Below are positions 13,478 through 25,636 of a stretch of DNA of 64,000 bases, piece after piece (the stretch's first letter is position 1; each line of letters opens with the position of its first letter). The DNA lies in the NCBI GenBank assembly GCA_965112735.1, contig OZ218954.1:2356001-2420000 (forward strand). Reading direction: 5' to 3'. The notes beneath the pieces were generated by a model. The model did not search any database, was not told where the DNA came from, and was given only the letters and a program-made list of their open reading frames with translations. Made by a program: the position numbers and the translations under genes. This DNA comes from Phaeosaccion multiseriatum (taxonomy: Eukaryota; Protista; Ochrophyta, other classes).

Positions 13478-13889
13478 GATGCCTTCCGAAGGAAGGTTGG
13501 AAGGAAGGAAGGAAGGAAGGAAGGAAGGAAGGCGGCGAGAGAGAGAGGAATGAGGAACGAAGAAGGGAGACCAATCACACAGAGCTGCGGAATAAACCCT
13601 TTTGCTTGACCCCCCCCGCGACTCAAGACCATCCACCTCGAACACTCGCAGCTGATTGCACACCTGTTCTTCGAGCAGGTCCTCGGTCGCGTCTCTGCTC
13701 CTCGTTGCGGCCTGGTCCCCCGGCTGGTTCACAGGTACGTCGACCCTGGTCCGTTAGCCCCCTTGGGGGGGGACAGAGCACTTAAATTTTTTCCGGATAC
13801 ATGTACTTCGTCCTAATAGGGCGTGCTGTCTATTTTGTTCCAACCTTCACTTCCTTTGCTGTGGTTCTGATTTGGGCTTCATACACTTC

Positions 13890-15720
13890 ATGAACCCATT
13901 CTACCCATTCTTTATATTTTTCTTGGCGTGCCTCCTCCCCCAAACTCCAGCGTTTCTCGTCGCTAGCCCGCACTTATCCCCCCCAGCGCGCAGTAGCAGG
14001 TCGATGGCGTCCAGGATGTCGGCGTTGCCAGTTTTCCGTTGGAAAGAGACTTGTCTGAAAATTAAGGTACAGAGAGGGAGAGGGAAAAGAAAAAGATTTT
14101 TTCCTCCTTAACCCAGGATCCCTCTGCAAACACAGGATCCCTCTGCCAGTGTCCCCTTCTACAAGGATTTGTTTGGAATGGAGCTGGTGAAGGAAGCGAA
14201 GGAACAAGGCCAGCCTGCTTGCTACTACTTGGCGAGCATCCGGGGAAAGGAGGATGGAGGAACTGGTACGTGTACAAGATGACTGGGTCGCTCTCGTTCT
14301 TCGCTGCTCCTTCGCCAGCCGCCTCTCATAATTTTATTGCTGTATCGATTCTGTTAGACTTTGACATGGAGGCAAACACCCGCCTCAAGCTGGCTCACTC
14401 CACGGAGCCCACTTCGTGGGAAGTAGCGACGGGCAACACGGAGCCCTACCGCGGCTTTGGGCACATCGCGTTTTTGGTGTGTACGTCTACCGAAGCACAC
14501 ATCTGTCGCGGGGCCCTCTCTTTGTTTCATCTTTCTGTCTCACACACACACTCTCTCTCTCTCTCTCCTCTTGGAGGTGGATGACGTGTATGATGCTTGT
14601 GACAAGCTGGCCTCGGCCGGGGTCAAGTTTCAGAAGAAGCCAGGTGGGGCACTTACGCACATTGTGTGTGCACATAGTTTAAACACGTGCCCATGGGCTG
14701 CCCTCACACCTCTTCCTGCTTGTTGTCTGCCGTCTCTGTCCTGCTCTCCAATCCTTCTTTCAGACGAAGGCCGCATGAAGGGACTCGCCTTTGCGCTCGA
14801 CCCGTGAGTGCCGACGGCTCGCCTTTCCCCTTAAAGTGACGCATCACCCTTTCCCTCTCGTGAAGTGCCGTTTCGTGTGAAGATAGCGCCTGATGATTGA
14901 TTGATTGATTGATTGCTGTGGTGCCCCAAACAGAGATGGATACTGGATTGAAATCGTTTCTCGCACGGCGGGCAAGTACAAGAAGTACTACAACCTCGGG
15001 CAGACGATGCTGCGAATCAAAGACCCTCAAAAGTCTCTACGCCTTTACCGCGATACGCTGGGCATGAGGGTGCTTCACGAGAAGCACTTTGCAGAGCACA
15101 AGTTCAGTCTATACTTTCTTCAGAGCCCCAGCAGCGCGGACCCACCGCTCGACGCATCCGCCATCCCTGAGGACCTGTCCTCCGAGGCGGCCAACGAGTT
15201 GATATCATCGGTAAGTCAATTAATTCTTTTGTCCATCTTCTTCTCCTCCTCCCCATAAGATTGTGGAGCGCACTGGGGGTGTTCCACGGCCCAAGGCACT
15301 GAAGCGAGAATGCTTGCCTGCGGTCTTCGCCGCTCTTCTTGTATAGTCCCGTTTGGTCCGCGAAGCGCGTCTCTTGTTCCCCCCTGCCTGATGTGACTAT
15401 GGAATGCAATGTACACCATCTCAGCCTCCCACTTGTGCGTATGTATTCAATCGCAGCTGTGGAACCCCATCCTGGAGCTGACGCACAACCACGGCACGGA
15501 GAATGATTCGGACTTCTCCTACCACAACGGGCACTCCGCCTCACCCGGGGAGCCGCAGGGCTTTCAGCACATTTCCTTCGAGGTGGAGGGAGGCGCCACA
15601 GACGAAGTGGTCCAGGCTGTTGTGGACAGAGTGGAGGGCTGCTCCCCCCTGGAGGAGGACGGCAAGGTGGTGGGCCTCACAGATTGCGACGGCTATCACG
15701 TGCACTTCATCTCCGCATGA
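13890..15720 (+). CDS. GLO1: glyoxalase I (lactoylglutathione lyase), fused two-domain monomeric type, probable plastid leader
   Basis: GFGHIAFL|VDDVYDACDKL..GVKFQKKP|DEGRMKGLAFALDP|DGYWIEIV, then LGQTMLRIKDPQKSL and LELTHNHGTE..GFQHISF; leader MNPFYPFFIFFLACLLPQTPAFLV. Confidence 0.92.
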
Positions 15721-15998
15721 TGATTTTCACTTTTTATTTGAAGAGTAGATGTACTTGTAGATGGAGGGCTTCTTTCTGTATTAGGATTCACACAATATTT
15801 AGCTCGAAGGCACTCTATGGTATTGGAGTGTCCATCTGTTCTCGATCAAAGCCGCGAGTCTGTCTGGAGACAAAAGGAGGCTAATGCTAACCACCGTATT
15901 CTCCTGCTGCAAAACATGGTTGGTGGTATCGTTTCCATTGATTTCCGGTCTCTACAAAAACTAAAGAAACGGGCAGAAGTAGTAGTAGTAGCTGCCAG

Positions 15999-17954
15999 TC
16001 AGTCGCCAGTCCACGCCTCCTCTTCGTCCCCCGCCTCCTCGCCCTCGTCCTCGTCGTCCTCTAAATCGAGCCCTCCGTCCCCCAGCCTGAATCTCTTACT
16101 GCTGCTCACCCTCTCCTCCGCCTCCTCTCGATCCTCTTCGCCCCCCACTACTCGGCTCCTCGGCCAGAGCCTTTGAGGGACCTCCTTCCCCAGCAGGAGG
16201 CATTCGTGGCATAGCCATGTCTCGTCCTTGGGCGCAATGGCGAGCATGGTCTTCCACGGCCCCTCCGGGAGGCACTTGGTGTGGTAAACCCTCGGGCATC
16301 CATCGCAGCAGTTCAGCAGGCCCATCTTCTTGTTGTCGCATATCCTGCAATTGGCTTCGTTTCTCTCGTCGTCACTACTGTCTTGCATCATGCAGTCGTA
16401 CCTTGACGTGTAACCGTCACCACCTTGCCCAGACACCCCTCCCGCCCTTTCCCCGTCCTCGTTTCTCCTTGCATCTACTGCGCCATCCAGTCCTCCCGTC
16501 TTGCCATCTCCAGTGCCCAACTCGTCCTCATTCTCCTCAGGATCAGTATCCTCCTCCTCCTGCTGCTGCAGCCCCTCTCGCTTCGGCGGGGGTCCGAAAT
16601 TCGTCGTACATCCCTCTCCATACACTTTCCAAGCCTTCCGGTCATACGCTGAAGCCGCTTCCGCCTCTGTATGGAAAGAGCCTAGCCAGCGAATGCCCCT
16701 TCCCTTTACCCATAGCTTTGCCTTCCATGCGCCGCCCTTCTTGTTCTTCCCCCCCCCCCCTGCGGCTCCTGCAGCTTCTGCCGCTCCTGCCCCCGAACTC
16801 TGTTGTTGCACTTTCCCCTGCGCTGCGCGATTGTAAGGCACACCGCTGACTCCCAGGTAGGCAGACGACTTCTTGCAGTTCAGTTCCGGAGATCGGGCTC
16901 TCTTGGCACTTTGATGCTTCTTGCTGTGATGAGAACTGTTGTAACTACTACCAGTGTTGGTGCTGCTGCCAGGCGTGGAGGAACTGTGAACTCTCCCCCC
17001 CCCGCTCTTCTTGCCAGAGCCGCTGCTAATGCTGCTAATGTTGCTGTGGGAATAGCCAGTCACGGCAGTTCCCGACGTGGAAATCGCCGCCAGTGCGTGC
17101 GATGCAGCCAGCCTCTGCGAGGGTCTGTCTGTTCCCGCCCGCCCCCCGCCTCCACCTCCTCCTCCTCCTCGTCGCGCGTTTGCGCCAGCGGCTGCCGCTG
17201 GTGGTACGGTGGGCCTTCCTGTGGCCGACGCTACCGCTGCTGGGGGGTGAAGTACCCCCCCTGCTGCTCCACCTGATGCATTAGAAGACGATGATGGAGG
17301 GGGGACGGCCTGCACAGGAGGTACAGGCAACACTGCCCCAGTCCTTCGGACAGCATCGGCTGTTTGGTGGTTCCCGTCTGTCGCCCCGTTTGGCGGTGCG
17401 GCTCCTCCTGGCGCCGCAGTCGCTGCTCCTGCGGCTGCGGGTGGAACAGTGGCCTCGGGGTGTGGCAGCACATCTCCCTGAGGAGTGGGTCTTGATGGTG
17501 TAGGCTGGTCTGACCGAGAAAGCAGAGCGTCCTTCACGTCGTCCGGTGTCGTGGTTAGTCCTGCACGCAGGAGAGGGGGGGGGCTGGGGTGTTACGGGCG
17601 TTGGGTCAAACAGCACACCTACCGCCCCCTTTGCACACCTGATCGATGCATTCCCATCGCAGATCCCAGCCCCTTTTTTGGGTTCGCTGTCTCCCCTTGC
17701 GAGCCCCAGATTACTGAACCTTGCCACCAGCCCCCCGCTCCTCCAATCGATCTACTCGCTCCTGCTTGACCCTGGCGCTGTGCCTTGACCCTTAACGTCG
17801 AGAAAGGCCGAGTTCTTGAGCGATCTTTAGCGCGCTCTGCGCCGCTGCACAACCAAGGCGAATAGGTGCGCCATTTGTGATATTTAATGATCTCGGGCGC
17901 TCCACGACGCAACGTGACATCATCATAAGGTGGTAGGCAGCAGGGCGGAGGCAT
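15999..17954 (-). CDS. AP2/ERF-domain + PHD-finger nuclear protein (start either about 17656 or 17954)
   Basis: AP2: SSAYLGVS...WKAKLWVKGRGIRWLGSFHTEAEAASAYDRKAWKVYG...TNF. PHD C4HC3: CRICD..LNCCDGCPRVYHTKCL...WLCHEC. One intron at about 17566-17640. Confidence 0.85.
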
Positions 17955-18000
17955 TGGTGGAAGCAGGAGCGACGGGGCGCACGCGCCGTAGGAGGGAGGG

Positions 18001-21000
18001 ATGGATGGAAACGATGAGAAGTTTACGCCCCTCCGGAACACGAGAGGCACCCAGTCATATCATCCCATGATATCTCATGCAGGCGAGGCCGAAATAGAGG
18101 GATTCCAGCCGCTTCGCAAGGTCGGTGTAGTACGGAAGGAGCAAGAGGGTGTGTGTCTAAATGCCAAGGGACAAGACAGGATAGTAGGGTTTCTCTTTGT
18201 GCGAAGTTCTCGTGTGCGAGCTGTGACAAGACAGGATAGTAGGGCGTCAGGTGTGCCTCGTGGAATGTCGTCCCCACAAAGCCCTCCTTCACAACTCTTG
18301 TTGATATCTTCTCCTCAGGCGCGGTCCGACGCCCACCAGGACTATACCACCCGCCTGTCCTTCAACGGAGCTGCCGCGAAGGAGTCTCTGAACACCATGT
18401 GGGAGAAGAGGGACCCTTGGAGGATGCTGAAGAAGAACGTCAGCTTCGCTGTGCCTCAAACTGACAAGTGAGTGGATGAAAAGCCAAGCAGGCAGGACCC
18501 AAGTAGCGCGATGGAGAGCCTGGTGTGTGCTGTTGGTAGGCTTGCGTAGTAGACACCACAGGCTCAGGAGCGAGATTGACGTCTCTCTCTCTCTCTCTCT
18601 CCATCTCTCTCCCTCGTCTGGGTTACGAAATGACCGAAAAGACCCTGACCACCATCCCTCATCCCGCCTCATGCCCTCCCTCCCCTGCCATCCCTCAGAG
18701 CTGTGGTTCGGAGGGACGCCGCGGTTGTGGTGGTGGACCCGTTCTCGTCAGGGGCGATTCTCGCCAAGCGGGCTGTCTCGGAGGGCTTTCACTGCGTCCG
18801 CGTGTTCAGCGAGTACGACAGCCCTGTGGCGAAGCTCGTACAGACGGGTATGGCACTGGAGTTTGACGCCACCTTTCAGTTCGACGACAGAAACACGAAC
18901 CAGGTTAGTTGACGGCGTACGAGCCAAGAGGCAGGCAGGCGGGCAGGCAGGCGGGCAGGCAGGCAGGAGAGCAGGTGTGGTAGTGGTGGATGCGAGGTGG
19001 GTGCATTGGTTGTTTCCTCTTTTGACGCTGTCTTGTAATCCGTGGACGCGCCCCTACGTCCACGTACGCACAGGATGAGGCTGTGCACGAGCTCGTGGTG
19101 GAGTTAAAGAAGCTTCCGTGGCCCATCATTGCCGTGTTGCCCGGTGCAGAGACCGGCGTGGAGCTTGCAGACATGTTGGCCTGTCGAATGGACATGCGCA
19201 ACAACGGCATTGAGCTCTCCGCCGCGAGGCGCAACAAGTACATGATGGGAGAGACGGTGCGAGCCGCGGGGGTGAGGGCAGGGGTTGCTAAAATGTGCTA
19301 CACAGACGACGATGTGGAGCACTTCCTCACAGACTTCAACCCTACGCCCTTTAGTGCCGTTGTCAAGCCGCTGGAGAGTGCGGGCTCGGACGATGTGTTT
19401 TTGTGCTCGTCACAGGATGAGGTCCGATTAGCCTTTTCGCATATCAATGGCAAGGTGAATGGTCTGGGATGCGTGAATGAGGGCGCTCTTGCCATGGAGT
19501 ACTTGGATGGCACTGAATACGTCGTGGACAGCGTGAGCAGGGACGGCGTGCACAAGATTATCACCATTTGGGAGTACGACAAGCGCAGCGTGAACGGAGC
19601 CAACTTTGTATACTTTGGAATGCAGGTCAAGTCTACGGAGGGGAGTGTGGAACAGGAGCTCGTAGAGTATGCCTGTAGCGTGCTGGACGCCATGGGCATT
19701 AAGAACGGCCCCGGCCACATGGAGGTCAAGTACACGAGCACAGGACCCTGCCTGGTGGAGGTGGGGGCGAGGTGCCACGGGGGAGAGGGCACTTGGCAAC
19801 CCATTGCGCAGGAGTGTTTGGGTTACAACCAAATCGACGCCACTTTTGACTGCTACGCGATGCCGCAGAATTGGTCCAGGATTCCAGACCGACCGAACAA
19901 ACTGCTCAAGTGTGGGCGCGAGGTGTTCCTGGTGGCGAGGGAGAGTGGCATGCTTCGGGCACTGCCCGGCTTGATAGAGGTGCAAGAGCTGGCGTCGTAC
20001 AGGCGGAAAGAGGTGATGGTGAAGGAGAGGGAGTTCATGTACAAGACCATTGACTGCTTCACCAGGCCGGGCTCCGTGCAGCTCGTGCATCAAGACCACG
20101 ACGCTGTGCAGGTGGGTAGTGGGGAAGAGGCGCGGCGGTCGAAGGGGGGGGTGGGGGGGGGGTAAGAGGGGGGTAGCAGAGAGAGGGGACCGAGGGACAA
20201 GGGGGGGGGGGGGGCGAGAACTTCACAACCACCTGGTGTCTAGGGGAGGAACACCCTCTTTCCGCCACTCGTTGAGGAAGTCTGCAGATCGCAGCTCTCT
20301 CTCTCTCTCTCTCACTTAAGTGTAACCCCATCACTGCAACCCACCGCATGCACATTGTGTCATCGCAGAGAGACTTTGATCGTATCCGACAGCTGGAGAT
20401 GCGGGGCCTGTTCGACTTCGAGATCATCTGCCCCAGTCCGCTTCCCGTACCCGCCGTGGTGGTGGTGGACCCGTTCAGCTCGGGCGCCATCCTCGCTGCC
20501 CGCGTCCTGCAGCACAAGCTACGCTTGGTAATGGTGTTCAGCGAGCTCGACTCTGTCATTGCCAACCTGGTGCAGCATGGTTCGAGCGTCTTGCCCGACG
20601 TGACCATCCAACACGACAACACTCTGGACCCAGAGACGGCCATCCAGCAGACCATGTCCTCCCTCGCCGAGCTGCCACACCCCATCATTGCCGTGTTGCC
20701 CGGTGCAGAGACCGGCGTGGAGCTTGCAGACATGTTGGCCTGTCGAATGGACATGCGCAACAACGGCATTGAGCTCTCTACCGCGAGGCGCAACAAGTAC
20801 ATGATGGGAGAGACGGTGCGAGCCGCGGGGGTGAGGGCAGGGGTTGCTAAAATGTGCTACAAGGACGACGATGTGGAGCACTTCCTCACAGACTTCAACC
20901 CTACGCCCTTTAGTGCCATTGTCAAGCCGCTGGAGAGTGCGGGCTCGGACGATGTATTTTTGTGCTCGTCACAGGATGAGGTTCGATTGGCCTTTTCGCA

Positions 21001-21808
21001 CATCAATGGCAAGGTGAATGGTCTTGGATGCGTGAATGAGGGCGCTCTTGCCATGGAGTACTTGGATGGAACTGAATACGTCGTGGACAGCGTGAGCAGG
21101 GACGGCGTGCACAAGATTATCACCATTTGGGAGTACGACAAGCGCAGCGTGAATGGAGCCAACTTCGTTTACCATGGCATGCAGGTCAAGTCTACGGAGG
21201 GGCGTGTGGAACAGGAGCTGGTGGCCTACGCGCGCCAGGTGCTGGACGCCATGGGCATTGTCAACGGCCCCGGCCACATGGAGGTCAAGTACACGAGCAC
21301 AGGACCCTGCCTGGTGGAGGTGGGGGCGAGGTGCCACGGGGGAGAGGGCACTTGGCAACCCATTGCGCAGGAGTGTTTGGGTTACAACCAAATCGATGTG
21401 TCACTGGACGCCTACATAAAGCCAGACCTTTGGGACGCGGTGCCCATGGAGCCGACGAAGCTGCTGAAACATGGGAGAGAGGTATTCCTGGTGTCTTTCC
21501 AGTCGGGTGTGGTCAAGTCCGTACCGTGTGTGGACCGCATCCGAGCCCTGCCCTCTTTCCGGACTCTGGAGATGACTGTACAGCCCGGCAGCCTGGTGCA
21601 CAGGACAGTGGACTGCTTCACTCGCCCAGGAGCCGTGCAGCTGGTCAACGAGAGCGAGGCGGCTCTGCTAAAGGACTACGAATTCCTGAGGGAGCTCGAG
21701 CAGCGCAAGGGCGTGACCGGGCTCTTTGATGTGGATGAGCGTGACGTGGCACTTCCTCCCGCGCCTTTGGCGCAAGAATCTGCACGACCTCCACCCGTCC
21801 TCATTTGA
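18001..21808 (+). CDS. tandem double ATP-grasp ligase (L-amino-acid ligase / NikS-DdaF-BacD-like), multi-exon
   Basis: Two complete modules, each with VVVVDPFSSG, PGAETGVELAD, RRNKYMM, VKPLESAGSDDV, MEYLDGTEYVVD, GPGHMEV and LVEVGARCHGG. They are joined in frame across the intron at about 20112-20369 (AVQ|RDFDRIRQLE). Confidence 0.9.
19122..21396 (+). repeat. internal near-identical direct repeat of about 715 bp (19122-19837 vs 20681-21396)
   Basis: Long runs of identical nucleotides, including synonymous positions, at offset 1559. Confidence 0.95.
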
Positions 21809-22047
21809 TCAAATTAGGGCTGCGACCGCAAGCGGCATAGGAGTTAGTTTGTTACCTCCAATCGTCCTCATTTGATAGCTTTATTAGGGCGAATTAAGAA
21901 TAAAAGGAAAAAGGAGAAAGGGGAAAAAAAAAGAAGAAAAAAAATCTCCCGCCAGGTCACAGAAATGTTGGAGAACCAATACCTCTCACGTTACTTTTAG
22001 GCCGCCCCCGATGGCTCTTACATTTCTCTCTCTCTCTCTCAAATGCG

Positions 22048-25000
22048 ATGGCCCCATGTCCTCGTCTGGCCATCGTAGCTCTAGTGCTTCCCTTCGCATT
22101 CGCGTATCAACCTTCGGTCTTGAAAGTATCAGGAGGGGGAGAAGCCAAGAATAGGTATCGCTTCGATCGTGGACCCGAAGGGACAGACGATGGGAAGAGG
22201 GCATTTTCCCATTATTATAAACGGCAGAGAGTGTGTGCAAAAGGTTAGTGAGCACTCCTTCTGCTTCCCTCCAGCTGGCGACCCACTCATATGCATTTCC
22301 CTTGTGTCACCTTCACTAATTCCCAGCTGCTTCAATGACCGTACTCCGAGCTCATAAGCTCTAATATGCATCTCCCTTGTGTGTCACAGAGGACTGGGAT
22401 TCGTTCTACGCGTGCCTGCAGCGGCCTCAGCCCATCGACTTCAGGATCAACTTGGTAAGCTCGTGTGGGGTTGTGTATACTAGTGTTGTAGGGGGGAGCA
22501 AGCCTAATGGGGTGTGCATGTCTGAACCACGACCAGCACCACGCGAACAGTCCATGGGTCATCAGTGCCCTGCGGGTAGCTCTGGAAGAGGAGGCGCGTG
22601 GACGAGGGGGGAGCGGGCAATGGAGGTTGACTCCCCTGCCCATACTGAAACAAGGCACGGGCTGGAGATTGCAGCGGTGGCAGGAGAAGCCGGGGGGGGG
22701 GGGTGAAACCCTCCCTATCCACGGGGAGCATGAGCTCTCGCCTGTGCTGGAATTTCTCCATGAGCAGCAGTTGGTGGGGGCTTTGAGCCGGCAGGAAGTT
22801 GTTTCGATGCTTCCGCCGCTGTACCTCGACCCTAGGAATGGTGATGATATATTGGATGCGTGCGCTTCTCCAGGCTCCAAGTTCCTGTAAGTAGTAGGCT
22901 CTTTTTGCCGCAAGACTGAACTGCCAACAACGGCGACCCCTCACAGCCTTGCACTAGCTGGACAGACCAGACAAGCCCCTCTTTTTTTGTCCCGCCAATC
23001 AATCAAACTCGGTGGCTGTTCAGAGTGAGCTTGTCGACGGCACACTCATACACTATTGGCGCTCCTCCTCCTCTTTCATCCTCTCAGGCAGGTCCAATGC
23101 TTGCTGTTTGAGCGGCGTCTTGCTGCCGCTGCAAATGGCCGCGGCGATGAGGACCGGGGAGAGCTTTCAAAGCCTGGTCTGCTCGTGGCAAATGAGCTGG
23201 AGAGGAGACGGGTGAGAGCGCTTTGATTCCCGCCCCTGCCGTGCTCGTGCCCCATCCCCATGCTCAACGTCTACGAAACCCTCGCCCCTCGCCTTTAGGT
23301 GTCTCGACTGAGGGCACGCGTTCAGATCGAAGGCAGTCCCGAGGGAGCGGCTGCTACCGTGCTCTTAAACTGCGATGCCCGATCTCTGCCGGCCTTTGGC
23401 GGACTGCTTTATGACGGCATTATGGTAGACGTGCCCTGCTCAGGTGACGGCACGCTCAGGAAGTGGGCAGCAGGTGACCAGACTCAGGGTGTCGGCGAGG
23501 AAGATGCTTCTCAGAGACAAGGAGACGAAGAGAGCACGAGCGGAGGGCAACGAGGGCAGAAGGCAGCAGATGGGGGCAGTGACCGCGGAGAGAGCGACCA
23601 AGACACGCAAAGCGACGGGTGGGCGAGGTGCGGCCAACAGGGTGACGGGTGGGCGAGGTGCGACCAACAGGGTGACGACATCCTGATCGATTTCTCCTTG
23701 ACTCGCGTTCACTCGTGCCTCTCACAGCTGGGACGGACGAGCAGGGCTTTCCTTGCACAAGATACAGCTAGACATTCTGCATCACAGCCTGGGGCTGCTC
23801 AAGGAGGTGGGTGCCCAGTCAATTGCTGCATGAACTCGGCTACTCCAAGTTTGTGTCTGAAGGTCGCCTCTTGTGTGTTGTGGTCCGCCGCAGGGAGGAA
23901 GGCTCGTGTTTTCAACCTGCACGCTGGACCCATTACAGAACGAGGCAGTCATCGCCGCTGCACTGCACCGGATAGGAGCTGCAGAAGCAGCAGCAGCAGC
24001 AAGCGACGGATGCGGCTCCATGGGAGGCGCGGGCGGTGAAACGAGCCTCGTGCCCATGGAAGATATTGAGGGCATTGCCTCACAGCCCGGCCTCACGGAG
24101 TGGTTGGTGCCAGACCCCCGTGCATCGGACGTGCTCTACCACTCCTGGGAGGAGGTCCCCTTGGTAGTTAGACATACCCACGCCATACAGAGCAACATGT
24201 TTCCTCCAGGACGAGGCGTGGGAGGGGCGCGCGTGAGGGCTCAGCTCGAGAAGGGATGCAGACGCTACTTACCGCATGACAACGATTCGGGTGGGTTTTT
24301 TATTGCAGTCTTTGAAAAGAGGACTGGTGGGGGCAAAGCGGCACCCAAAGAGGACAGGGGGGGGGTTCACAGAGTGGGTGGGAGCAGCAGAGAGGTAGAT
24401 GGCGTGGGAGCGGGCGCCTTGGCGCGAGAGCATCGGGCAAGTAGAATAAAGGAGCTGAGGAGCAAGCTGCGCAGGCATACGCCTCATCAACCAACGGGTA
24501 GGGAGGAGGAGGAGGAGGAGGAGGAGGAGGAGGACGCGAAGGAGGGTGACGCCAGGATTGCAGCACTAGAAGCGACTCCCCTACAAGCCTCCAGTCGGAG
24601 TATTGAGGACCTGTATGTGCAAACGACATCTCCACAAGTGGTGCAGAGCATCTGCGATTTTTGGGGCTTGCCGGGAGGAGAGGAGCAGGGGCTGCGGACA
24701 GTTGCGGGCGGTGACAGAGGGACTACCCGCGCCAACAGTGGCGCAGCAGCAGCGGTGGGCTTTGCGCCATCGAAGCTGCTGTGGGTGTCCACGGATCGCA
24801 CTGCACGAAGCAAGATAGTGCTCGTGTCAGCGGCAGGTGAGCTTGTCTTTCTCACACCCTTCTCTGTGTCGCGTGGTCAACGCCGTCCCTTTCGTCTTTG
24901 ATGCCCCCATTGCCATAGTGGACGCCTTTCTACGCCAGAGGTGGGCACCCAATTCAAAAGTCTCTGCCACTCTTCGAAGGCGCTTGAAGGCATATGGAGC

Positions 25001-25593
25001 AACGGCTTTTTGGAGGATCAAAGCCGGCTATGGCTCCGGAGGACGGGCAAGTCTGTTGGCCTGCGAATGGCAGGTACGACCGCGACACGAGACGATATGG
25101 CAGGGATGGAAGACTTTATATGCTCAGAGCTGAGCCAATTCATTTTTTTCTACGCCATCCTCATTTTTTCCTCTCGGGCTCTGTCGTCCGGTCTACCGCC
25201 CCGTTCCCGCCTGTTTATTTCTGAACAGCTGAGCCAGGAGGCTCTTCCGATTCTGCTTCCTTTCATAACCCGGCGGCGTCTATTCCTGACTTCCCTCTCT
25301 GACTTCGAAGCGCTGCTAGCTGCAAAGGTGAGATCACCTCTGCCTTGTATCGAAGGGCCGCGGCTTTGCTTTGCTGGCTTCGCTATCCTACCACATCGGT
25401 GGGCATGGGGAGCTAGGGCGCTTTGCTTTGTTGGTTCATCACCCCTCCTGCACATCGCTTCATGTGCTTACGCTCCTGCACCTACTTTGGTGGACAGCCC
25501 CGCTTTTCTGCGCTGGAGGTGTTCTGTGCTCAGTCCCTCCCCTCCCTCCCTCCCTCCCTCCCTCCCTCCTTTCTCTCCCTCCCTTTCCCTCCC

Positions 25594-25636
<43 letters not shown>

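Noticed and set aside
13738-13830. Third MITE copy (tcgaccctg...)
   Set aside because: Only about 9 nt resemble the terminus; no internal repeats or opposite TIR
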